Source: a virus (lineage: Duplodnaviria > Caudoviricetes). Taken from it: a stretch of DNA of 59,809 nt. The stretch spans positions 1 to 59,809 of the IMG/VR virus record IMGVR_UViG_3300032227_000277; one strand, 5' to 3'. The translations under genes and the position numbers were made by a program. How positions within the stretch are numbered: the stretch's first letter is position 1; each line of letters begins with the position of its first letter. A model generated the notes under the pieces. That model saw only the letters and a program-made list of their open reading frames with translations. It made no database searches and had not been told where the DNA came from. Positions 8,879 through 17,758 of this stretch are shown in pieces.

Positions 8879-9910
8879 TCACATATTAGGATCGTTAAAG
8901 GAATGCTTGATGGCATACGTCAAGTCACTGTAGTCAAACTCGTCGGGGTCTCTCTTCCCTTTGGGGTATTCGCAGATGAATGTAGGAACGTGCTTTCTGA
9001 GTTTATCGAAAGCCCCGCCACCTTCGAACTTACCTGCTGCCTTGTCATAGATTCCGAACATCCCTTGAGAACCTGCCATATCGAAGTCATAGAGCAGGTA
9101 GATGGGTTGGGCAAAGTCTGACAGAATGTTTGCCTGAGTGGCGCTGAGGGAACTGCCCATTGAGGCGACTGGGTTGACTATCTTCCTAGCTCCGATTGAA
9201 ACCATGTGGGCAAGTGCGAACAACCCTTCCACCAGAAGCATAGGTTTGTGAGGGTCGATCAGTTGCTCACCTAGGATACACTGATCCTTCTTCAATCCGG
9301 CGTAGTCACGGACCTTCGGGCGACGATCATTGGTAGGCAGGATGGTTCGGCTAGTGAATCCGTAGAGTGCTCTCTCATGGTCGTAGACCGGGAACAGAAT
9401 GCGTTTGGAGTCTGGGTCGAAACGAAGCTCAAGAGCATCGCACGCTTCCTTGGTGACCCCTCTCTGCGACAGGTAGCTCCGCGAGTCTTTCTCATCCCAC
9501 GCGTTACTATACATTCGAAAGTATATCTCTGCGTCCAGCGGGTCCATCTCCTCCGCGATGTAGGAACGCTTGTCATCCCAAGAACCGAAGCGATCCGGCG
9601 TCTCACGTTTCAGCGAACGAATCACCAGTCGGTCATAGTCCTCTTGGCGGTAATCGGCAAGTCTCGTGATGAGACGGTGGATGTTCCCCTTTGAGTGACA
9701 TGACAGGCAGTTGTATCCGCTGAAGCCCTGCTCGTTAATCTTGATGAAGAAGGATGGGTTACGGTCTGTCCCAAACTCGTGTCGGTATGGCGCAAACGGG
9801 CATGGTGCGATGAGCCATCCCCGCCCGTTTTTATGGCTAACCTCGATGCCAAGCTCTAATAAGGTTTCTCTAAGATTTGCTTCGGTCATTTGCTGTGTGT
9901 TGTTTTGCAC
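8879..9910 (-). CDS. dnaG: DNA primase (Zn finger + TOPRIM)
   Basis: CPFA..H...NPSF...CLSCH; RILFPV; LVEGLFA; YDFDMAG; KRDPDE; true start may be ATG 9889. Confidence 0.9.
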   Translation of the reverse strand: MQNNTQQMTEANLRETLLELGIEVSHKNGRGWLIAPCPFAPYRHEFGTDRNPSFFIKINEQGFSGYNCLSCHSKGNIHRLITRLADYRQEDYDRLVIRSLKRETPDRFGSWDDKRSYIAEEMDPLDAEIYFRMYSNAWDEKDSRSYLSQRGVTKEACDALELRFDPDSKRILFPVYDHERALYGFTSRTILPTNDRRPKVRDYAGLKKDQCILGEQLIDPHKPMLLVEGLFALAHMVSIGARKIVNPVASMGSSLSATQANILSDFAQPIYLLYDFDMAGSQGMFGIYDKAAGKFEGGGAFDKLRKHVPTFICEYPKGKRDPDEFDYSDLTYAIKHSFNDPNM

Positions 9911-9920
9911 TTGCGTGCAA
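9905..9920. repeat. Dispersed palindrome copy 4
   Basis: TTGCACTTGCGTGCAA. Confidence 0.85.
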
Positions 9921-10103
9921 TTACTGTAGGGCGGTTACGGTCGATCTGAGTTCCTGTATCAGCTTCCACGCCTCGTCGTGCTCGGACTCCGCGATTTGAA
10001 GTTTTCGCATGGTCACGTTGTGCGCCGAAACTTCAAAGTATAGGGCTACACTTGAGGCGAGGCATATGAGTGACAGAGTTAGTATTAGTAGGTTTGTTTT
10101 CAT
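9921..10103 (-). CDS. Small single-TM protein
   Basis: Hydrophobic N-terminus then short coiled coil; fills the gap between pol and primase. Confidence 0.65.
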   Translation of the reverse strand: MKTNLLILTLSLICLASSVALYFEVSAHNVTMRKLQIAESEHDEAWKLIQELRSTVTALQ

Positions 10104-10106
10104 TGA

Positions 10107-13100
10107 TTATCCTTTTACGATGACTCCATAGTCGAGAAGTGCTTGCCACCGCTCCTGCATACCTTCAGTAAGTTCGCGAGGGTATTCACCTGACCTAAAC
10201 CATTCTGGTTGAATCGCGGTGATGTCTTTACGCTTACTCATCTCACAGAGGTTTGGTCCGGTCTTTACGTCAGCTTCAAAGGGAACTGGTAGGCGTAGTG
10301 AAAACCAGTCCTCTAGCGGAGTGTTCTCCATGTAGAAGCGCAGGGCTGCGGCTGCTTCGTCAATCAGGTGCTCCTTAGCTTCAATGACGTTAGCATCGTG
10401 GATGAAGAGAAGCGCACGCATGTCTTCGTGGTTCGCATCCCGCATGAAGCGTGTCACGGCGATGATACCTAGATCAGATGCAAATCTCTGCACCGGAGAG
10501 TTGATGCCTTGTCGCGAACTCATTCCTACAATCATTTCATCGTCACTCTCGACGTTAGGCAAGCGACGGAGCGCACCGTGTAGCGAGCGGACAAACCCGT
10601 GTTCGGACAGGAACTCACGCATCGCCTCGTGCCACCTCTTTAGGCGGGGATACTTTCGGAAGAACAACTCCCGCATCTCCATTGACTCATCGTCAGTGAA
10701 GTTAAGCTTGTAGTCAGTGCGAGCATAGATTTTGAACTTTCTCCATCCCATGCCATAGAGGAAGCCGAAGTTGACTGCCTTGGCGCACTGCCGCTTGTAT
10801 TCGAAATACTCTGAGACGGTGACGCTCCTGCGCTTTTCAGTGGATAGGTTTTTCAAGTAACCTTCGGAGCCGGGGCAGGAAGCCACGTTGTCTACTAGCA
10901 AGGACTCATCAGATGACCCTTCCTTGAATCGTTCATCCGTTACGCCCATGATAGCGGCTGCGGTGGCACTGTGGATGTCGCCGCCCTCCTGATAGATGCG
11001 AATCATCTCGCGCTCGTTAGCCATGCACGCAGCAACGCGAAGCTCGGCCTGACTCAAGTCCACCTCAGCGAATTTGAATCCGTCACTCGGAATGAAGATG
11101 CGTCTGTATGCCTTGGCAAGTTCCCCGCGATTGGGGAGATTCTGTCCGTTCGGATCAGAGTTGTGGTGGAAAATCCCACACGCGGCATAGGAGTGGTCGT
11201 CTTCTACTTCGATGTCATATACCGGATAGCTTCCGACAACGACAATCCCCTCAATCGTGACTCCTCGGGGGTGTGCCGATACCGTTGATGAATCGCAACA
11301 TGCCCTACCTTGGTGGTCAACGCTAAATTGTCCGGCTGGTTGTTCTCCTTGTCTCCGTCGATGTGGTGGATCGTCAACCCCGAGGGCAATTCCGCCACAG
11401 GTATCCCAAGAAGCTCCGCCATCACAATGCGGTGAACAAACTGACGCTTCCCGCGAACTACCCGAGTCAGATACCCGTAGCCGTCCTTGCACTCCCCCTT
11501 GTGATTCTTCGGAACCTTTCCAAGCATCGGGTTTTTCTCCCCGCGCTTCGACTCGGAATACTTCACCGCTTTGAGCCTCGCCAACTCGTCCGGTTCGATG
11601 CAGTCCGCCAAAATAGCGATTACTGTATGATGAGTCACCCCGCAGACCTCGGCGACTTGCGCCATCGTCTTCAAAGTGCTGCGATAGGTTTCCACTACCT
11701 TGCGGCGGATACGCGGACATGAAAAGTGTTTTTTGCAGACTGACATGTTGGATCATACTCCACTGCTCAGAAAAAGTAAATAGTCTATGCTGAAAAGTTG
11801 AGCGCAAAACTTCCCCATTTGAGAGGTAGCTGTCCACCATCGTCTGAACGGGTTTGACGAAGGTGTTCACCACCCGCTTCCAACGCCGCTTATGGGTCCA
11901 AACCAATTCACCAACCTTTATGTCTGCGATACGCTTCTTACCTTCGTAAGTGTCGATCAGAACATCGGCGTGTAAGCAAGAAGCGGCTCTTCCTGTGACT
12001 GTTCTGTGCAACCAGAACGAAGGGAAAATGTGCGGGTCATTGATGTCCTTGATGTATTGCCAGAAACCAGACGGTTCTATGATCTGACGACGCTCTACCT
12101 TGCCATAGGCATCAATCACGATGTCGCCCTTGTTTCCACTTGCGTGCATCACTAGGCTATCTGTCCCAAGCTCTTCCAACTTGGCTTGTATCTGAGGGTA
12201 TGGCGTTCTCCTGCGACCACCCTTGAGTTTCGGCAACTCAATACCGAAATGATCTAGTGCGTCAGTGACAACCTTTGGAAAGCCTCCAGACTTCAAGCGT
12301 TCTACGGCTGTGACTTCTACCCTGCCACGCTCGCCCACATAGGTAGAACGCATCTTGCTGACCTTCTTGTATTGAATCAGGTCTTGAACCAACTCAACGT
12401 GTTCGAAGTAGGGGAGATGATCTTTCGCGCTGGTAGAAATCTTTCCGCTCGCAGTCTTTAGGACAGGGATAAGTGGCTTGCCACCTTTGGTCACCACCTT
12501 ACCGTCCTTGACCTTCACGCCGTAGTCCTCACCGAAAAGTAGTTCTGCTAGGAAGTCTGGGCTATCGAAGGAGACCTTCTTTCCGCTATTGGTCCATGCA
12601 CGCAGCAACTCTGGTGGGCATTGCTCTAGCATTCTGGACTGTAGCTCTGCGGCTGCTTCTGCGAGAGTCACCCCAAAGTCTGAGAGAGCGGTCGTGTCGA
12701 TCCGAACGCCTCTACGCTCCATCTCAACGAACGTGCGTAGGGCTGGCATCTGGACTTTTGTAAAGGTATCCCACTGTCTTGAATCCTTCTTGCCTTCGCG
12801 AATTAGAACTGCTGCGAGGCGATAGCATACGTCCGTGTCACCACCCGCATATAGCAGGAAAGGCTCATGCTTGACTTCGTGCATACGACTCTTGTCTGTC
12901 ATCGCGTTGAACTCATCGGCGTAACCAGCGTATTGCGGCAACCACCGACGAACGCAGTCATCCAGATTCTTGGTCTGCATGTTCTCGTCTACTAGGAAGG
13001 CGAGTTGAATTGTGTCGGCATACCAGTTAGCGATCTCGATGCCTAGTGTTCGCATCACATGCGTGTCATACTTCAAGTTGTGACCGACCACATGAGTCGC

Positions 13101-13952
13101 TGGATTATCAAGGATGCACTTGAGTTGGTTGATCAGCTTACGTCGAAGCCTTGACGTTAGCCTCGTTGACTGTCTGCTCCTTGCGGACATGAGTGATTCG
13201 TCGTTCCACCACTCGATGTCTAGCGGAACCACCAGTGACTTGCCCTTGCTCGGGGTGATCGCAGCCGTAAGCACTCGGAATCCCGGTTTACGAAACTCAA
13301 GTCCGACAGTTTCCGTATCGAAGGCGATCTGAGTAGGTGGGTTGTCTATGAGTTCTTGCAGGTCAAGACACCACTCGTAGTCGTTGCCCTTAGCCTCGGC
13401 CCGATACTCATCAACATTCCACTCATGCTCACTCAGCGACTGTAGTTGGAGGAAGTCTGTGTTGTAGATGTCGCGTCTAGCTGGAAAGCGGAGGACTTCT
13501 CGCGGTGAAAGTAGTGGTAGCAGGTTGAACCCCTCCATGCGTTGGATAGTGCCGCGAACCTTGGTAATCGGCGTAGCCTCCCCAAGAACTTGTCGAAGGG
13601 ACCATCGACCCAACGTAACGACTATCCCCGGCTGCTTTGCATCAAGCAAGTTGTTGAACTCACTGAGGAACTCGTCGCGATGAGTAGTCAGGTGGGAGGC
13701 TACCACTGCATCGCTGAGGTCTTTCAACTCGGCGTCTGCTTGTATGGGTGGGCATGGGTTGATGAACGCGAAGTCTTCGATCTCAAACCCGCACGCTCTT
13801 GCTTCACGCATGAACACTTCCCCTTCCGGCGAAGACATCACCATGTCCGCATCGAAGACTTCATCGCATTGAATATCGGTAACGACCAAAACGCGCACGT
13901 TTCGACCTACTTGGATATTCAGATTGTCACTGTTTTCTTTTTTCATTTGCAC
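10107..13952 (-). CDS. polA: Family A DNA polymerase with N-terminal UDG-like domain, 3'-5' exonuclease and an intein
   Basis: FDTETVG, GHNLKYD, YAGGD; TGRAAS|SDPNGQNLP; DLSQAELR; RQCAKAVNFGFLYG; IHDA; true start may be ATG 13946. Confidence 0.95.
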   Translation of the reverse strand: MQMKKENSDNLNIQVGRNVRVLVVTDIQCDEVFDADMVMSSPEGEVFMREARACGFEIEDFAFINPCPPIQADAELKDLSDAVVASHLTTHRDEFLSEFNNLLDAKQPGIVVTLGRWSLRQVLGEATPITKVRGTIQRMEGFNLLPLLSPREVLRFPARRDIYNTDFLQLQSLSEHEWNVDEYRAEAKGNDYEWCLDLQELIDNPPTQIAFDTETVGLEFRKPGFRVLTAAITPSKGKSLVVPLDIEWWNDESLMSARSRQSTRLTSRLRRKLINQLKCILDNPATHVVGHNLKYDTHVMRTLGIEIANWYADTIQLAFLVDENMQTKNLDDCVRRWLPQYAGYADEFNAMTDKSRMHEVKHEPFLLYAGGDTDVCYRLAAVLIREGKKDSRQWDTFTKVQMPALRTFVEMERRGVRIDTTALSDFGVTLAEAAAELQSRMLEQCPPELLRAWTNSGKKVSFDSPDFLAELLFGEDYGVKVKDGKVVTKGGKPLIPVLKTASGKISTSAKDHLPYFEHVELVQDLIQYKKVSKMRSTYVGERGRVEVTAVERLKSGGFPKVVTDALDHFGIELPKLKGGRRRTPYPQIQAKLEELGTDSLVMHASGNKGDIVIDAYGKVERRQIIEPSGFWQYIKDINDPHIFPSFWLHRTVTGRAASCLHADVLIDTYEGKKRIADIKVGELVWTHKRRWKRVVNTFVKPVQTMVDSYLSNGEVLRSTFQHRLFTFSEQWSMIQHVSLQKTLFMSAYPPQGSGNLSQHFEDDGASRRGLRGDSSYSNRYFGGLHRTGRVGEAQSGEVFRVEARGEKPDAWKGSEESQGGVQGRLRVSDSGSSREASVCSPHCDGGASWDTCGGIALGVDDPPHRRRQGEQPAGQFSVDHQGRACCDSSTVSAHPRGVTIEGIVVVGSYPVYDIEVEDDHSYAACGIFHHNSDPNGQNLPNRGELAKAYRRIFIPSDGFKFAEVDLSQAELRVAACMANEREMIRIYQEGGDIHSATAAAIMGVTDERFKEGSSDESLLVDNVASCPGSEGYLKNLSTEKRRSVTVSEYFEYKRQCAKAVNFGFLYGMGWRKFKIYARTDYKLNFTDDESMEMRELFFRKYPRLKRWHEAMREFLSEHGFVRSLHGALRRLPNVESDDEMIVGMSSRQGINSPVQRFASDLGIIAVTRFMRDANHEDMRALLFIHDANVIEAKEHLIDEAAAALRFYMENTPLEDWFSLRLPVPFEADVKTGPNLCEMSKRKDITAIQPEWFRSGEYPRELTEGMQERWQALLDYGVIVKG
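11160..11978 (-). mobile_element. Intein (273 aa) in PolA
   Basis: Block A CLHADVLIDT..IADIKVGELV; block B STFQH; block F VYDIEVEDDHSY; block G HHN followed by Ser+1; removal restores TGRAASSDPNGQNLP. Confidence 0.93.
11204..11746 (-). CDS. HNH homing endonuclease nested in the +1 frame of the intein
   Basis: HTH N-terminus, GEKNPMLGK, HRIVMAELLG...IHHIDGDKENNQPDNL...H...H; GGAG 11 nt upstream of ATG. Confidence 0.88.
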   Translation of the reverse strand: MSVCKKHFSCPRIRRKVVETYRSTLKTMAQVAEVCGVTHHTVIAILADCIEPDELARLKAVKYSESKRGEKNPMLGKVPKNHKGECKDGYGYLTRVVRGKRQFVHRIVMAELLGIPVAELPSGLTIHHIDGDKENNQPDNLALTTKVGHVAIHQRYRHTPEESRLRGLSLSEAIRYMTSK

Positions 13953-13962
13953 GTTCGTTCAA
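13947..13962. repeat. Dispersed palindrome copy 5 (one mismatch)
   Basis: TTGCACGTTCGTTCAA. Confidence 0.7.
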
Positions 13963-15239
13963 ACCATCCAGCCCGTATTAACGATGTGGGATTCCTGCCC
14001 CTCATCACTTTCATCCTCTTCAACAAAAGACACTTCAACCATGCTAACTGGATTGAAGGAGAAAGCGGTGGCGAACCTAGGTGTGTCACCTTCCCGGTTC
14101 TTCATCACTTCGATGACCCGCTGGGATCGCTGGTAAGGGGCTGGTCCCTGCCGAATACCTAGGACGACACTGGCGTCTTGCGGAATGCTATCGCTTCCTG
14201 CGATGTCTCCTAGGTCTAGTTCCTTCTTGCCCTTGCTCTTCTGATTACGATTGAACTGCACACTGATCACAACGGGAATGTCATAGCGGATCGCGAGTTG
14301 CTTCAACTCACAGATTACTTCGCTGATGCTTTCCCACTTGCTGATGTATCCTGTCTTTCTTCCAGACGGCGTTAGTAGGTAGGCTGCGTCTACGAAGAGA
14401 ATCTTCGGGGCAAACTCCATGACCATTGCCTCGATTCCTGCTACGCTCTTTCGCATGTCCCCGGCAAGCATATAGATAGGGGTTTCATTGTTCTCCATCT
14501 CTGCGATCACAGAGAGTAGCTCCTCGTGTGAGTAGGTGCTCAAGCCACCATCGCGAATTAGATTTGGATTGAACCCTGACCGACGACCTACCCACCGTCG
14601 AACCATCTGCGTCGTAGTCATCTCCATCGAGACCAACGCAGCCGAGTTACCGTCAAGGTAGGCAGAGTTCACCATTTCAAGCATGAGATAGCTCTTGCCC
14701 ATAGACGGGCGACCTGCCAGAACAATAACGTCTCCTCCCATGAATCCCATCGTGGCGAGGTCCAGCGTTGACCAACCTGACGGGATACCGCGAAGACCGG
14801 GATTAGCTCTTGCCCAAAGGTAGTCCTGCCGAACTGCTGAAACCTCGTCACGCAGAGTTGTGTAGCGTTCAGAGCCGACTGCGATGGACGCCTCAGCTAC
14901 CATCTCGCGAAGCACTACCAGCATCTCATCCGTGTTCTGGCTGCTCATGGCTTGGACAAGTCGCGGGTGCTTCTCGTCAACCTTTGTGTAGGCAAACCTA
15001 CGCTTGAGTGTGTCGAGCCAATACTCAGACGAAGCACTACGCCGTGGTCTAGGCAGTTGGAAGCCCTCCGCGCCTAGGACATCCAATGTAGGCATCTCCT
15101 TGTATCGGTCGAAGTAGTCCCGAATGAACGTGAAGGCGGGTAGCTCGTCTTCGGTGAACATCTCGTCCTTCGCCCTGCGAAGAAGACGCCAGTCGTTACT
15201 GCCGAGTGTGGAGTGTAGAAAACTGAATCCGGTGGACAT
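13959..15239 (-). CDS. dnaB: Replicative DnaB-like helicase
   Basis: GRPSMGKS, SMEM, FVDAAYL, LKQLA, QFNR, SDSIPQDA, KNREG. Confidence 0.95.
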   Translation of the reverse strand: MSTGFSFLHSTLGSNDWRLLRRAKDEMFTEDELPAFTFIRDYFDRYKEMPTLDVLGAEGFQLPRPRRSASSEYWLDTLKRRFAYTKVDEKHPRLVQAMSSQNTDEMLVVLREMVAEASIAVGSERYTTLRDEVSAVRQDYLWARANPGLRGIPSGWSTLDLATMGFMGGDVIVLAGRPSMGKSYLMLEMVNSAYLDGNSAALVSMEMTTTQMVRRWVGRRSGFNPNLIRDGGLSTYSHEELLSVIAEMENNETPIYMLAGDMRKSVAGIEAMVMEFAPKILFVDAAYLLTPSGRKTGYISKWESISEVICELKQLAIRYDIPVVISVQFNRNQKSKGKKELDLGDIAGSDSIPQDASVVLGIRQGPAPYQRSQRVIEVMKNREGDTPRFATAFSFNPVSMVEVSFVEEDESDEGQESHIVNTGWMV

Positions 15240-15240
15240 A

Positions 15241-15780
15241 TCAAAGGTTGGTCAATGTGGCTTTGTGGTGAAGAGCGACTCTCTTCTTGAACCTCCCGGT
15301 CAACGTGGACTGGGCGATTTGAACGTCGTGCAAAAAGACAATGGATTTACCGTCCATCAGCCATCGAGAAAGGAACCACTCAAGCGTGCCGTCTTGTGCT
15401 GAGGTGGTTTGGTCAGTGCGTTCTGGCGATAGTCCTTCGATGAAGAGCGTGTGAACTCCGTTGGTATCCTCCCACACGTTCTCTTCCAGTTGCGTCCCCT
15501 CCAGCATATCTAGAACATGGTATCCTTGCACCGGAATGCCGTGGAGGATTGCTGCTCGTGCCATGCAATAGAACGCATCGGTGGCTTCTGGTTTGTCGGA
15601 TACAATCTCAACCACGACACTGTTCTTTTTGAGTTCGTGGTATCCACCCGATGCCAGCCACCCAAGGACAGCCTCGCCGAACTTTCCGCACTTGGTGAGT
15701 GATACGTCTTCGCGTTGGTAGTTCTTTGGAATACCTGCTAACGACAGCATCTTCCTGAGTTCTTTGTCTTGTATGTCCAT
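15241..15780 (-). CDS. Degenerate DnaC/IstB-like helicase loader
   Basis: Lies between initiator and DnaB; AGIPKNY start, Walker-B-like TLFIEGL; no intact Walker A. Confidence 0.5.
   Translation of the reverse strand: MDIQDKELRKMLSLAGIPKNYQREDVSLTKCGKFGEAVLGWLASGGYHELKKNSVVVEIVSDKPEATDAFYCMARAAILHGIPVQGYHVLDMLEGTQLEENVWEDTNGVHTLFIEGLSPERTDQTTSAQDGTLEWFLSRWLMDGKSIVFLHDVQIAQSTLTGRFKKRVALHHKATLTNL
15319..15333. repeat. Dispersed palindrome copy 6 (one mismatch, intragenic)
   Basis: TTGAACGTCGTGCAA. Confidence 0.6.
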
Positions 15781-15784
15781 GTTG

Positions 15785-15922
15785 TTATTCAAAGATCCAC
15801 ATGACAAGTTTGATCGCGACTGCCACTGCTGAAACAGCAACGCTGGTCACCATCACCATTACGAAGCACCCGCATCCGGCTGCGCCAAGTAGTTCATCGT
15901 TTGATCTATCTTCTTTTCTCAT
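15785..15922 (-). CDS. 45-aa membrane peptide (not in ORF track)
   Basis: MRKEDRSNDELLGAAGCGCFVMVMVTSVAVSAVAVAIKLVMWIFE; fills the gap exactly. Confidence 0.65.
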   Translation of the reverse strand: MRKEDRSNDELLGAAGCGCFVMVMVTSVAVSAVAVAIKLVMWIFE

Positions 15923-15923
15923 A

Positions 15924-17123
15924 TTATTCGTCCTCCCATTTTTTGAAGTTGGTTTGAGTGGGAAGTGGTTCCCTCTTTCGATAGCTGAGTGGTTTACTTG
16001 CCTCCTCGCGACGATTGAAAGTTTCTAGCATGATGCCCATTCGCTGACGCGCCTTCGCCAACTCAGCCAACTCTTTCCTAGTGCCGAACTCACGCTCAAC
16101 TACCTCGCGTGCCTTGTCAGGGTCCACGCCGTTCTCAATCAAGTCGCGGATGCGTCTCTCGTGCGGCTCCAGCTTTCTCCAGATAGCCAGTGCCTCTTTC
16201 TCCCTGTAGGCTTCTTCGTAGTAGGCGCGGAGCTTTCCGCTGACGATCATGCGAAGGGCAGGTGCTTTGGGGTAGTTCGTCATCCAAGCAAAGGAGCCTA
16301 CGCGAAGTGCGTTCCAGTTGTCGAAGAGCCACTCAAGATACTCGATGAACTCTCCCTCGTTTCGAGCCTCTACCCAGTTCTTCCAATAGGTGTGTAGGAT
16401 GGCTACGCTCGCCTTTGGCATTGGCTCTAACGCTACGTCAGAGAAGAAGCGAATCCACAGTTCACGCCATGTTAGGATGAGAGCGGAGCGGGAAGGGAGG
16501 AAGCCCGACTGGTCCGGTCGAATGAAGCGACCGTCAGCTTGGCGAAGGGTAGCACGCTTTCTAGAGCGGACTTTGACATTGAGTATGACTTCCTCAATCT
16601 CTTGACGACCTCGGACGCTTGCGTCCGTAGTCTCTTTTATTTCTATATCTTTATTCTCTTCTATTAATCGGGGTGGTTCCGCCACCATCTTTAGGGGTGG
16701 TTCCGCCCCTGTCATGGGGGTGGTTCCGCCCCCATTTTTCAGTCGTTTTGGCAGTTTCATGGTCGGTGGATTCCAGTCAAAATTCAGTGCGTAGCGTTTT
16801 GCTCGGTCATTTTCACGGGAGTCTGAGCGCACGATGCCAAGCTCGACCAGCGAAAGCATGACCTCCGCAGCACGCTTGCGGCAGGAAGTGAACGGAGCGG
16901 CGTAGCACGTTCCATCTGAGCCAATGACACCCTGCGAACAGTGGTCCATCGTGATGCGCTCCCACTCTTTTCCCCAACCAAGAGTGCGGTCGTAGACAAA
17001 CAGGAGAGCGAGCCGTTGAAGAGCGGTAAGGTAGCGAAACCACTCTCTGACCATCTTGCGATGAACTTCATGGGTGAATTGCCAGTCACTAATTTTAGTT
17101 GCGGAGTTTGCACGCTCGTGCAT
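15924..17123 (-). CDS. Replication initiator (lambda O-like winged-helix N-terminus)
   Basis: LTALQRLALLFVYDRTLGWGKEWERIT...LVELGIV resembles phage Rep O; internal iterons; probable ATG at 17123. Confidence 0.7.
   Translation of the reverse strand: MHERANSATKISDWQFTHEVHRKMVREWFRYLTALQRLALLFVYDRTLGWGKEWERITMDHCSQGVIGSDGTCYAAPFTSCRKRAAEVMLSLVELGIVRSDSRENDRAKRYALNFDWNPPTMKLPKRLKNGGGTTPMTGAEPPLKMVAEPPRLIEENKDIEIKETTDASVRGRQEIEEVILNVKVRSRKRATLRQADGRFIRPDQSGFLPSRSALILTWRELWIRFFSDVALEPMPKASVAILHTYWKNWVEARNEGEFIEYLEWLFDNWNALRVGSFAWMTNYPKAPALRMIVSGKLRAYYEEAYREKEALAIWRKLEPHERRIRDLIENGVDPDKAREVVEREFGTRKELAELAKARQRMGIMLETFNRREEASKPLSYRKREPLPTQTNFKKWEDE
16631..16733. repeat. Putative replication origin: three GGGGTGGTTCCGCC iterons plus AT-rich tract
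   Basis: Repeats at 16670, 16694, 16717 (24/23 bp period); AT-rich 16631-16668. Confidence 0.75.
17108..17123. repeat. Dispersed palindrome copy 7 (overlaps initiator ATG)
   Basis: TTGCACGCTCGTGCAT. Confidence 0.85.
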
Positions 17124-17145
17124 AGTTTCCTGTGTTGTGTGTTTG

Positions 17146-17192
17146 CCCCCCGGTTCCGTATTTGGTCGTTCGGAGCCGGGGGGTCTGTTTTT
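17146..17192. terminator. 13-bp GC-rich hairpin, T tract on plus strand only
   Basis: CCCCCCGGTTCCG-N12-CGGAGCCGGGGGG then TCTGTTTTT. Confidence 0.5.
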
Positions 17193-17550
17193 AGTCCACG
17201 AACTGCCCACTACGCTGAAGGTTCTGGATGACTGCGACCTCCGCTCGGACAGCATCCTCGTAGTCGTGGAAGTAGATGACGGGATCACCGGGAAGCCAGA
17301 CTGAGTTGAACTTAGAATGGTGGAAGTTGCTGGAAGGTTGCCCGAAATTGAGGAACGTCCACTTGTCCCCAGCATCCGGTCCTTTGGTCCACTGGATGAA
17401 CCAAGCCTGATTGTCTTCGCTCCACTCGATGAGAGTAGCACGCTCGATCTTGGCAGAACCAAAGGATCGGAGGTCAACTCCTTGACCCTTCTTGTGTTGC
17501 AGACTGAATAAGGAGCCGTCAGGCTTCACGGTGATTACTTGTTTGGACAT
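17191..17550 (-). CDS. Hypothetical protein of the AAA/DUF1257/DUF2997 module
   Basis: VITVKPDG...VDLRSFG.AKIERATLIEW...YEDAVRAEV; overlaps upstream stop. Confidence 0.7.
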   Translation of the reverse strand: MSKQVITVKPDGSLFSLQHKKGQGVDLRSFGSAKIERATLIEWSEDNQAWFIQWTKGPDAGDKWTFLNFGQPSSNFHHSKFNSVWLPGDPVIYFHDYEDAVRAEVAVIQNLQRSGQFVD

Positions 17551-17756
17551 CAGTTGTAGAGGCTTTCGTGTTGGTCTTCAGTTTCGATCATGTGGATTTC
17601 GGGCTTCTCAGCGACCGATACCTCGTTCGGCTTGGCGTTGCTGGAGAGGGCTGTGACCAGTCCCTTGGTGGCTTCGGTGCATCCGCATCCGGCGAAGCCA
17701 ACGGCTTCCACCTTTGCGCGACCTACTTTGTCGATGGTGATGACGATTTGTTTCAT
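17550..17756 (-). CDS. DUF2997-like protein
   Basis: IVITIDKVGRAKVEAVGFAGCGCTEATKGLVTAL. Confidence 0.8.
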   Translation of the reverse strand: MKQIVITIDKVGRAKVEAVGFAGCGCTEATKGLVTALSSNAKPNEVSVAEKPEIHMIETEDQHESLYN

Positions 17757-17758
17757 AC

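Noticed and set aside
17124-17477. N-terminal 118-aa extension of the 517-aa ORF
   Set aside because: Overlaps the 17191..17550 gene and a hairpin; low-complexity shadow; ATG 17123 with a CA-rich leader is more plausible.
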